From positions 32,001-96,000 of the forward strand of contig JAVQSZ010000004.1 of NCBI GenBank assembly GCA_033581555.1: DNA of 64,000 nucleotides, in the 5' to 3' direction. The notes under the pieces were generated by a model that did not search any database, was not told where the DNA came from, and worked only from the letters and a program-made list of their open reading frames with translations. Position 1 is the stretch's first letter; every line of letters starts with the position of its first letter. The stretch is from Nitrososphaerota archaeon (lineage in GTDB: Archaea > Thermoproteota > Nitrososphaeria_A > Caldarchaeales > Calditenuaceae). A program made the translations under genes and the position numbers. Positions 28,751 to 36,839 of this stretch are shown here, one piece after another.

Positions 28751-28781
28751 CTCGTCTCTCAGGGACCTCGACGTCGACCTT

Positions 28782-28904
28782 ATGTCCTCAGGACAGGAGT
28801 TGTGACTCCATGTCGACGGCCAGACCTACAACGGTGACCTGAGGGGGCTGGTGGACTCGAGACGGATCGTGACAGACGTCGTTCCGCCCTTCGCGGTCTC
28901 CTGA
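28782..28904 (+). pseudogene. Possible gene remnant with an internal TGA
   Basis: Frame reads MSSGQEL*LHVDGQTYNGDLRGLVDSRRIVTDVVPPFAVS*; protein-like but family not recognised. Confidence 0.3.
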
Positions 28905-28907
28905 GCT

Positions 28908-28925
28908 CCGTTTCACCGCGTTTCA
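28908..28925 (+). promoter_or_regulatory. Candidate operator GTTTC-N5-GTTTC upstream of the Met-rich membrane protein gene
   Basis: ccGTTTCaccgcGTTTC immediately before a candidate BRE/TATA (aaggaatcctcttatc). Confidence 0.5.
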
Positions 28926-28973
28926 AGGAATCCTCTTATCTTTGACCCTCTCCAGGAGAGAAGTGGTGCGAGC

Positions 28974-29345
28974 GTGACGTCGGTCCAGAGGCCCGCAGCG
29001 GCCTTCGCCCTCTCCCTCGCGGCCGGAGTCCTCATGGTCGTCGGAGGTGTGATTGGGCTCGCGTTGTGGGCCTGGTGGAACTGGGCGCCCATGTGGGGCT
29101 GGATGATGCCGATGTGGGGGATGATGGGATCGCTGTGGCTGGTCTTCTCCTCGACAGGCCTCGCGTCGGGCGCGGTGGTCCTCTCTGCCGCCCTCTTGCT
29201 GTACAGCCGTCCAGAGCAGGCACAAGTCTGGGGAACAGTCATTCTAGTCTCATCCGTCGTCAGCCTCTTGAGCATGGGAGGCTTCGTGATCGGCGCGGTC
29301 CTCGGCATCGCAGGCGGGCTGTTGGCGCTAGTCCCGAGGGTCTGA
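28974..29345 (+). CDS. Small membrane protein with Trp/Met/Gly-rich loop
   Basis: WWNWAPMWGWMMPMWGMMG loop; C-terminal GGFVIGAVLGIAGG helix. Confidence 0.75.
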   Translation: MTSVQRPAAAFALSLAAGVLMVVGGVIGLALWAWWNWAPMWGWMMPMWGMMGSLWLVFSSTGLASGAVVLSAALLLYSRPEQAQVWGTVILVSSVVSLLSMGGFVIGAVLGIAGGLLALVPRV

Positions 29346-29388
29346 GGGCGTTGGAGAGGTCCTGAAAGCGTCGCACGGGTCGAAGCGC

Positions 29389-29646
29389 TCACTCTCTTCG
29401 CGTGAACGCCTCGATCTCCCCCAGTGACTTCTCCATCGCGGAGATCCACCTCAGGAAGGAGTTCGCAGCGGCCCTCATCGCGACCGTGTCATCGGACTCG
29501 ATCTCGAGCCTCAGAGCTTCCCCGGAGCACCCGACGTCAGCGGCGGACCTGCCTCCGGGGAGAGGGCCGACCTCCGGCCGAAGGGCCTCGCAGAGGATCC
29601 GGGCGTGAGGGCTCCTCAGCGTGACGGAGAACCTACAGGGGTGCAT
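29389..29646 (-). CDS. pcc1: KEOPS complex subunit Pcc1
   Basis: EALRPE and LEIESDDTVAMRAAANSFLRWI; downstream of L37Ae. Confidence 0.88.
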   Translation of the reverse strand: MHPCRFSVTLRSPHARILCEALRPEVGPLPGGRSAADVGCSGEALRLEIESDDTVAMRAAANSFLRWISAMEKSLGEIEAFTRRE

Positions 29647-29649
29647 CGC

Positions 29650-29865
29650 TCAGGTCGGACTCGGGGCCCAAGCTCCCCCGGCGAACTTATGACCGCACTT
29701 TCGGCACTGCCAGATCCCGACCGCGACTCTCCTGACCGCGACCCTGCCGCACCTCTCGCACTTGTAAGTGGCGTACTGGGTCTTCTCCAGTTCCTCCACC
29801 CTCTTCCTCAACCTGGCTCCGTACCTCGCACCGAACCTCTTCGTCGTCCCCTCTCCCGCCCTCAT
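29650..29865 (-). CDS. rpl37ae: 50S ribosomal protein L37Ae (eL43)
   Basis: RFGARYG..LRK, CERC..VRRVAVGIWQCRKC..FAGGAW. Confidence 0.97.
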   Translation of the reverse strand: MRAGEGTTKRFGARYGARLRKRVEELEKTQYATYKCERCGRVAVRRVAVGIWQCRKCGHKFAGGAWAPSPT

Positions 29866-29942
29866 GCCCCAAAACGCCTCGGGCCGTTATTTCTAGCTGT
29901 TCGGCGGTCTCAGGTTTATCTCGCCGGGCAGACCACTACGGT

Positions 29943-29999
29943 CGCGATGATGACGGACTCTCCTGTGAGCCGGTGAACGGCCATGGGGTAACTGAGCGC
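29943..29999 (+). ncRNA. Box C/D guide sRNA (candidate)
   Basis: C box ATGATGA 29947-53, 11-nt spacer, D' GTGA 29965-68, C'-like GTGAACG 29973-79, 12-nt spacer, D box CTGA 29992-95, GCG/CGC flanks; intergenic. Confidence 0.72.
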
Positions 30000-30027
30000 C
30001 TTTCTCCACCAATCCGCGCAGAGAGCC

Positions 30028-30411
30028 TCACTGACCTTGGCCGCAGATGTCACAGTTCTCCACGTCAAGCTCGGGCTCGAGGTACTTGTGGAGCTCGCAG
30101 AGCGTCCTGTCCTGTCTGATCCTGTCCATGGCCTCTTGGATCGCCTTGACGACTCTGTGAGGGTCTTGGCTGTCGAACGCGACCGAGGCTATCTCGTCGG
30201 CGTACCTCTCGAGGGCCTGGATCTTCGGGCCCGCGTAGTACGCCCTTCCCCTCACCGCCCTAAGGTAGTTGCTCACAGAGGCCTGGGTTATCCCGAGGAG
30301 GTGGGCGGTCCGCTCCTGCGTCAGCCCGTACTCGAGGACCAACCTCTTCACCACCAGGGCCCTCAGCGTCGGCAGAAGCCACCTCGCCTCGATCTCGCTC
30401 GGGAGCAGCAT
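30028..30411 (-). CDS. HTH transcriptional regulator (COG2522-like)
   Basis: LPSEIE..LLPTLRA, GLTQ..AHLLGITQASVSNYL and C-terminal CELH...CDIC. Confidence 0.85.
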   Translation of the reverse strand: MLLPSEIEARWLLPTLRALVVKRLVLEYGLTQERTAHLLGITQASVSNYLRAVRGRAYYAGPKIQALERYADEIASVAFDSQDPHRVVKAIQEAMDRIRQDRTLCELHKYLEPELDVENCDICGQGQ

Positions 30412-30476
30412 GATTTTCCTCGGTTAACGGTGTTATACCCGTATATTTTAGTGTCGTCTCGCTCCGTTCATGCTGC

Positions 30477-31298
30477 TTAGAGCCTCACGAGCTCTAATTC
30501 GAGCTCCTCCGCGATCGCCGCCACCGCCTGACGGTGCTGACCTGGAGTTCCCTTCCAGTCGAGCAGGAGGTACCTGCAACCATCGAGGACGCTTACCGCG
30601 GCCTCGCCCAGCAGGTCGATCCCCTCGGGCATGCAGTACTTCGGGAGGACGTGCGTGACGTCGTAGAGGCGGTCGGCCATTACCCTCGTGAAGGCCGGCG
30701 CGTAGTGTCCTCCCCCCACGCCTATCGAGCCCCTGCTCGATGGCGAACTGGACCCGACCACCTTCACGCAGGCCTCCGCGACCGCCTCCGCCGCCGCAGG
30801 GTCCCTCCGGGCGTCCTCGGGCCCCCCGAACTCCACGTAGATCAGCGGTACCGGCGAGTACGGACCGTGGTGTGTGACCTCCAGACCCACCCACCAGCCC
30901 TCAAGCCTCGTGTCGGACCTCGCCTCCTCGGTTAGCGCGTCGAATGCGATCCTCGTCGCCCCCGCGTGCGTCGCCGAGATCCTCCTGGGCAGGCCGCCGT
31001 AGGCAGCCTCCGACGTCCAGTTGCCGGTCGAGTGCACGGTCAGCGCTTTGACGCCGTGCTCGGAACGGTGCGTCGACGCCACGACCAACAGTTCTGACCT
31101 GAGAGAGGCGAGCTCCTCGACCCTTGCGTGGAGGTGGGAGCCTTTGAGGACGTAGGCCCTGAGGCCCCCTCTCAACAGGACCTCGCGCCCCTCGCTCTCG
31201 ACGGACTCGAAGCCCAGCACCTGAACCAGATACTCCCGTACCATCATCGAGGACTCGTCTGCACTCGAGAGGACGATCGATGCCCTCAATCCGCCCAC
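30477..31298 (-). CDS. dtdA: D-aminoacyl-tRNA deacylase (archaeal DTD2)
   Basis: ASTHRS, LTVHSTGN, EVTHHGP, YVEFG, GGGHYAP, PKY and DWKG. Confidence 0.93.
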   Translation of the reverse strand: MGGLRASIVLSSADESSMMVREYLVQVLGFESVESEGREVLLRGGLRAYVLKGSHLHARVEELASLRSELLVVASTHRSEHGVKALTVHSTGNWTSEAAYGGLPRRISATHAGATRIAFDALTEEARSDTRLEGWWVGLEVTHHGPYSPVPLIYVEFGGPEDARRDPAAAEAVAEACVKVVGSSSPSSRGSIGVGGGHYAPAFTRVMADRLYDVTHVLPKYCMPEGIDLLGEAAVSVLDGCRYLLLDWKGTPGQHRQAVAAIAEELELELVRL

Positions 31299-31368
31299 GG
31301 CGTCTGAGCGCCCAGTATTTACCTGAAGTCCGTAAATACGTATATCGACCCGAGGGTCACCGACTCAG

Positions 31369-32826
31369 CTACAGCCTGATCCCGAAGAGCGTCTGCAACA
31401 GGACAGCGACCAGGAAGTAGCCGTAGAAGAAAGTCCCGGCCGCGAGGAGCAGCGTGGTCACCGGACCCCCGCGTATCTCCTTCGGCAGGAACTTGTAGTT
31501 CACGATTATCTGAAGCGGGAACGCGATGGTCAGCGCGAAGAGGCCGAGGTTCGCTCCAAGCGCCACCAGCTCGAAGGGTTGTGCCCACCTCAGGGCGACT
31601 GCACCGACCATCAACGCCATCGAGACTCCGAAGATCAGATAGAGCACGGTGTAGTAGAGCCTCCTGATGTCGTGCCCGAAGAGCCTCCTTACCTTCTCGC
31701 TCGCCGTCCAGAAGTTGTCGGCGATCACCCGGCTGACGGAGTCCATCAGGCCCCACTGCGTGTCGAAGAGGATCCAGAAGCCCCCAAGGAGCACAATCAC
31801 CCACGCTAGCTCCCCGGCCACCGCCTTGAGGGCCTCGGCCTGAGCGGCGGCCACCGCGAACCCGGTCGGAGTCAGGCCCTTCGGCACCAAGAGGGTGTAG
31901 GCCATCGTCGTCGTGACGTAGACGGTGACGAAGGACACGAGGCTGAATACGATCCAGGAATCCACCCTCAAGACGTTGAGCCATCCCTTCCATCTCCGGA
32001 GGTTCTCGGGGGTGATGGTGAAGGGCATGTCGTCCGTCGATATCTTCATGTTCCTCCCCCCGATGATCGCGGGGATGTATCCGGCCCTCGCTCCCATCCC
32101 CCAGCCCTTGTCTCTCGCGTAGCTGCTCATCATCAGGTTGAAACCGAACCCGGCCGGTATGTACGCGATCGCCGCAGCGAGGACGAACCAGTCCACGTTC
32201 CTCGGCAGGTTGACGGTGAAGATGCCCTTACCCACCTCGATCCATGCCGAGGTCGGCGCGGCGATCACCACCGCGGCTGAGATCGTCACGAGCATCAGGA
32301 TCACAATGGGCCAGCTCAACAGCTCGAGCGTTCTCTCGATCTTCCTCCCCACGTGCAGCACACCGAGCCCCACGACCATCGCTATCACACCCCAGGTGAG
32401 CACTAGGCTCGAGTGCGCTGGGCCCGGGATGGTCCCCAGCTGCAGCGCCACAGCTGCCGTCGCCGACGAGATCGCCCAGGCAGGCCACATGACGGGTATG
32501 AACAGCAGGACGGCCCACACCCAGGCCCACGCGAGACCTCCAGGCCAAAGCCTCTGGTAGAACTTATGGACCGGCTGTCCGCAGTAGACGACGGTCTTCA
32601 TCGATTCGACCGCGAGCACCGCTTGGAGGACGCAGGAGAAAGCCGCAGCCCACATCAGGTATGGCCCGAACCTCACGACCGCTGCCGGGAAGAGGATCCA
32701 CTCGCCAGCGCCGATTGCCAGCGACGTCATGATCACACCGGGTCCTACAGCCCTAAGGTAAGACCACAGACCGGGCCTCGGCGGCTCGGGAAGCTCGATG
32801 ACCTCCGATGGCTTTGCGGCCGTCAA
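31369..32826 (-). CDS. Nramp-superfamily (YcsG-like) transporter
   Basis: VGPGVIMTSLAIGAGEWILFP, SYARDKGWGMG and about 11 TMs. Confidence 0.82.
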   Translation of the reverse strand: MTAAKPSEVIELPEPPRPGLWSYLRAVGPGVIMTSLAIGAGEWILFPAAVVRFGPYLMWAAAFSCVLQAVLAVESMKTVVYCGQPVHKFYQRLWPGGLAWAWVWAVLLFIPVMWPAWAISSATAAVALQLGTIPGPAHSSLVLTWGVIAMVVGLGVLHVGRKIERTLELLSWPIVILMLVTISAAVVIAAPTSAWIEVGKGIFTVNLPRNVDWFVLAAAIAYIPAGFGFNLMMSSYARDKGWGMGARAGYIPAIIGGRNMKISTDDMPFTITPENLRRWKGWLNVLRVDSWIVFSLVSFVTVYVTTTMAYTLLVPKGLTPTGFAVAAAQAEALKAVAGELAWVIVLLGGFWILFDTQWGLMDSVSRVIADNFWTASEKVRRLFGHDIRRLYYTVLYLIFGVSMALMVGAVALRWAQPFELVALGANLGLFALTIAFPLQIIVNYKFLPKEIRGGPVTTLLLAAGTFFYGYFLVAVLLQTLFGIRL

Positions 32827-32859
32827 GGCGATCAGGCGAATGAGAGCGCAATAATATAA

Positions 32860-33200
32860 CTATGAACGAAGAGGGACGTCGAAGTCGGGGCGACGCGAGG
32901 AGACGGTCCTCTCGCGTCTCAGTCTGTCAACCTTGTTTGCCGCCCAGAGTATGGAGACCGTGAAACTCGGGCTCAGCCCCAAAACTCCGACCTCTCGGAT
33001 CTCCGCCCGGCGTGCGCAGAGTCGGTCGTGAGCTCCACTCGCCCACACCAATCCCCTCGATCGCTACCACCAGCTTCACCCACTGCTTGTCGTTCCTCGG
33101 AAGCTCATCCACGATGTCCGGCATCAGCGCGTCGGCAGACCGTCCAGTTCGGGGGCTCGCCCTACGCCCGGATCGAAGGCTATAGACCGTTCTCGGGGAC
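32860..33200 (-). pseudogene. Probable decayed gene fragment(s)
   Basis: Short protein-like segments in changing frames (DIVDELPRNDKQWVKLVVA; AEIREVGVLGLSPSFTVSILWAANKVD). Confidence 0.35.
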
Positions 33201-33681
33201 CGCCCGCCTTCCCTAAGGCGATGAGTTCCGCCCCCTCCCCCACTGAAAAAAAAAACAGCACTCCGCTAAACCCGTAGTTATTCCAATGGTTTTGACGGAG
33301 ACCGCCGGGCTCGGTCGATTGAGGTCCATTCTAACCATTCAGGTCGAGCCGGTGCCTGGAAATAACTGCGGATGCGGCCCTTAATCTCTCTTTAAGTTTG
33401 ATATTCTTAAAACATCTATAATATTTACCGCGTCGACGTTCTTTCACCAAACAGATATCTTCACCCAAAACGACGCTACTTACATAGTCTTGACCGGTCC
33501 ACCGCCGTATCGGAGGCATTTTAATTAAAAAGTAAGATTACGAGCTCAAACTCTATATATAATGTGACGATGAAACACTACTACAAAACGAGCTCCAACC
33601 AACGGTTCGCACGTGGCGTAAACTCAGTAATTGAATTAAGGCTTTTTACCCGCGGCCCCATTAACGGTCAACGGGAGAGGC

Positions 33682-34394
33682 ATGGCATTTGACTTGAAGC
33701 GGGAGATGCTGAGGCTTCTCGACGAGGACGAGGAGTTCCGGTACGCGGTCGCAGGCCGGATAGGCTTGCTCGAAATACTGAAGCGGCTGGACAAGCTGGA
33801 AGAGGGGCAGCGAAACCTTCTAGAAACCGTCGCTAGGCTCTGGGAGAACCAGAACAAGCTTTGGGAGGAGGTGCGAAGCCTACGAGAAGGCCAGAACAAG
33901 CTCTGGGAGGAGGTTCGAAACCTACGAGAAGACCAGAGAAAACTATGGGAGACCAGAACAGACTATGGGAGGAGGTTCGGGACATCAGGATAAGCCTAAA
34001 CCGGGTTTCGGTCACCCTTGAGAGGCTTACGATAAGCGTCGAAGAGGGGGCGCTCAGCTTCATCAAACACAGGCTGAAGAACGAGCTTGGCATCGACGTA
34101 GAGCTCGACAGGGTTTTCATAGACTCGAAGGAGGTCAACATCTACGGCGCCGTGGACGACCTCTGCGTGGTCGGTGAGGCAGCTGTCAGACTAGGTACAG
34201 CTCTCGTTGACGAAGTCGTGGACAAACTGAATTTGATGAGGGCGAAGAGACCCGACCTGCTGAGGAAGAGGGTTGTCAAGGTGATTTACACAGATTACGC
34301 GACCCCGGATGCTTTGAAGCGTGCTGCTGAAAACAACGTCTGGGTCCTCAAATGGAGCGGCGACCTAACACCGCTCAAAATCGAGCAAGCCTAA
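33682..34394 (+). pseudogene. Heptad-repeat coiled-coil protein with PD-(D/E)XK-like C-terminus (paREP/DUF3782-like), frameshifted
   Basis: LLDEDEEFRYAVAG N-terminus and QNKLWEEV repeats. 1-nt loss near 33951-33953, then EVNIYG..VVGEA domain in the other frame. Confidence 0.8.
33849..33980 (+). repeat. Intragenic 42/21-bp tandem repeats
   Basis: CCAGA(A/G) units start at 33849, 33891, 33933 and 33953 (spacings 42, 42, 20). Confidence 0.85.
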
Positions 34395-34536
34395 GGCCTA
34401 TCTCGAACACTCGACGCGTCGGTCGACGATGTGAATTCGTAGTTCTACTGTCCATATTCCCCGCTTTCAATTCCCTGATATAAATAATCAGGTATTGCTT
34501 GCAACAAAAAATAATTAGGGCTTCATCAACGATAAA

Positions 34537-34760
34537 ATGATGACTGAAACTAAGAGGGTGATAAGTAAACAAGGTTATATCGCGTTAGGAATTGTCAGTG
34601 CTGTGGTTTCATTATTTTTGTTTCCGCCATTTTCCGGCGGTATTTCAATACTTTGTGGCATACAGCTCTTCAAAAAATATGACGAAGGGTTGGGTTTGGC
34701 AATAATAATATATGTCTTACCATAGGAGCTATCCTAGGAATGATTACATGGAGCACTTAA
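34537..34760 (+). pseudogene. Small AT-rich membrane protein gene, apparently frameshifted
   Basis: ...GLGLAIII continues in another frame as CLTIGAILGMITWST*; the shift falls in the ATAATAATATAT run. Confidence 0.55.
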
Positions 34761-34977
34761 AATGGACTCCTCATAGCTTCAACTACTGGCTGTCGCGGCA
34801 CATCCGCCCGACCAGCTCCTCACCCGCTCAGCAGCAACCCACGGAACCGGCGCACCATCAGCACTCTCAGCGACCTCAAACCCCAACGCGATAAGTCTCT
34901 TTCACCGGACCAGGAATAGGCGCCAGCCAATCCAAACCAGCTGGGAGCACTTCGAAGTTTCACCGTATGTTTTGTGT

Positions 34978-34991
34978 GAAAACCCTTAAAT
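34978..34991 (+). promoter_or_regulatory. BRE/TATA promoter of tes (probably leaderless)
   Basis: GAAAACCCTTAAA about 26 nt before ATG 35017. Similar spacing is seen before fbp and mvaD. Confidence 0.6.
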
Positions 34992-35016
34992 CACGTTCGG
35001 GGCCCGATCGGCCGAG

Positions 35017-36654
35017 ATGGCGGTCACGATCGAGGAGGTCAGGCAAGAGCTGAAGCGGAAGGTCGTGACGACGACCAGGAGCGTCTGCCCGGAGTGCAAC
35101 AGGATCCTGCCGGCCGAGGTCTTCGAGGAGGACAACAGGATCTACATCCGGAAGGTCTGCCCGGTCCACGGCGAGTTCGACGAGCTCTACTTCGGGGACG
35201 CCAAGATGTACTACAAGTTCGCGAAGTGGCTGAAGGACGGCAAGGGGACGGGGAACCCCGACGTCGAGATGCCGAGGTGCGCCTGTCCCGCGAACTGCGG
35301 CCTCTGCAGCAGCCACCTGAGCCACACCGGCCTCGCGAACCTCGTGATCACGAACCGCTGTGATCTCCACTGCTGGTACTGCTTCTTCTACGCCGAGAAG
35401 GCCGGCTACATCTACGAGCCGACCCTCGAGCAGATCAGGGAGATGGCCCTGAACTTGAGGGCCGAGAGGCCCGTCCCGGGCAACTCGATCCAGATCACGG
35501 GTGGCGAGCCTACCCTCAGGGACGACCTCCCAGAGATCGTGAGGATACTGAAGCAGGTCGGCGTGGACCACATCCAGCTCAACACCAACGGCATAAGGCT
35601 CAGCAAGGACTTCGAGTACTTCAAGAGGCTGAAGGAGGCCGGGATCAGCAACCTCTACCTCAGCTTCGACGGCGTCACGCCAAGGACTAACCCGAAGAAC
35701 CACTGGGAGGTGCCAGGCGTCCTCGAGAACGCGAGGAAGCTCGGGATCGGAGTCGTACTGGTGCCCACGGTGATCAAGAGCGTCAACGACCAGGAGCTAG
35801 GCGACATCGTGCGATTCGGGTTCGCGAACATCGACGTCGTCAGGGCGGTCAACTTCCAACCCGTCAGCCTCACGGGCAGGATGCCGAAGAAGGAGCGTGA
35901 GAAGTACAGGATCACGATCCCCGACTGCATCGCGAGGATCGAGGATCAGACAAACGGCGAGATCCCGAGGGATGCATGGTTCCCCGTTCCAGCCTGCACA
36001 CCTCTCACAGGCTTCTTGGAGGCCCTGACGAGAAGGGCCCACTACGAGCTGAGCATTCACTTCGTCTGTGGCGCCGGCACCTACGTCTTCAAGGACGGCG
36101 ACCGGATGGTCCCGCTGACCGCCTTCGTCGACGTCGAGGGCCTGATCAAGTACCTCCAGGACAAGGCGGAGGAGATCGAGGCCGGCCGTAACAGGGCCTG
36201 GGTCGGGCTGAAGGTCCTCTGGAACATCGGGAAGTTCATCAACGAGAGGAGGCAGCCGGCGGGCATGAACCTCAAGAGGATGCTCTTCGACATCTTGGTC
36301 AAGCACGACTACAAGAGCGTCGGCGACTGGCACAGGAGGTCTCTCTTCCTAGGGATGATGCACTTCCAGGACAAGTACAATCACGACGAGGAGCGGCTCA
36401 GGCGGTGCGACATTCACTACCTCACTCCCGACAACAGGATCATCCCGTTCTGCGCCTTCAACGTCATCCCGGAGTGGTACAGGGACAGGATCCAGTCGGT
36501 CTATGGCGTCTCGATCGAGGAGTGGGAGAGGAGGACGGGAAGGAAGCTCTCGGACGACTTCTACAAGAGGAAGCTCCCGGTGAAGCAGGCCGCGGTGCCA
36601 ATGGCCTCGACGAAGACCGCCGGCTTCGGCGGACTGGTCCAGGAGACTGCCTGA
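35017..36654 (+). CDS. tes: Tetraether lipid synthase (GDGT/macrocyclic archaeol synthase, radical SAM)
   Basis: N-terminal SVCPEC...KVCPVHG, CPANCGLCSSH, radical SAM NRCDLHCWYCF, VNFQPVS and C-terminal RCDIHY...IPFCAFN. Confidence 0.93.
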   Translation: MAVTIEEVRQELKRKVVTTTRSVCPECNRILPAEVFEEDNRIYIRKVCPVHGEFDELYFGDAKMYYKFAKWLKDGKGTGNPDVEMPRCACPANCGLCSSHLSHTGLANLVITNRCDLHCWYCFFYAEKAGYIYEPTLEQIREMALNLRAERPVPGNSIQITGGEPTLRDDLPEIVRILKQVGVDHIQLNTNGIRLSKDFEYFKRLKEAGISNLYLSFDGVTPRTNPKNHWEVPGVLENARKLGIGVVLVPTVIKSVNDQELGDIVRFGFANIDVVRAVNFQPVSLTGRMPKKEREKYRITIPDCIARIEDQTNGEIPRDAWFPVPACTPLTGFLEALTRRAHYELSIHFVCGAGTYVFKDGDRMVPLTAFVDVEGLIKYLQDKAEEIEAGRNRAWVGLKVLWNIGKFINERRQPAGMNLKRMLFDILVKHDYKSVGDWHRRSLFLGMMHFQDKYNHDEERLRRCDIHYLTPDNRIIPFCAFNVIPEWYRDRIQSVYGVSIEEWERRTGRKLSDDFYKRKLPVKQAAVPMASTKTAGFGGLVQETA

Positions 36655-36839
36655 GTTCAGAACCGGTATTTCTCAGCCGCTTTAACGCATCCTCTGACCC
36701 TTCTGCGTAGCCTATAAAGACCCTTGTCACCCCAGTTGACGCGGACGTAGATAACGATCACCGTGTAAGCGAGCGTGGTAAGGCATGCGTGACCGCGCCA
36801 AAAAGATCGAGGGGTGCCATAAGCGGGTTTCGCGCTTTT

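Noticed and set aside
28800-28806. In-frame TGA as selenocysteine
   Set aside because: No Cys-type context, no recognisable SECIS and no selenoprotein family; more likely decay.
33215-33245. tRNA-like 3' end or att site
   Set aside because: No T-loop GTTCRAATC consensus or cloverleaf, and no matching direct repeat.
33240-33660. Possible replication origin (AT-rich, TTCCAATGG)
   Set aside because: No convincing repeated ORB elements and no cdc6/whiP gene nearby.
33849-33980. Possible CRISPR array
   Set aside because: The repeats are in-frame coding heptads without unique spacers; no cas genes.
36655-36839. Short minus-strand frames between tes and the FAD oxidase
   Set aside because: No recognisable product or clear start.
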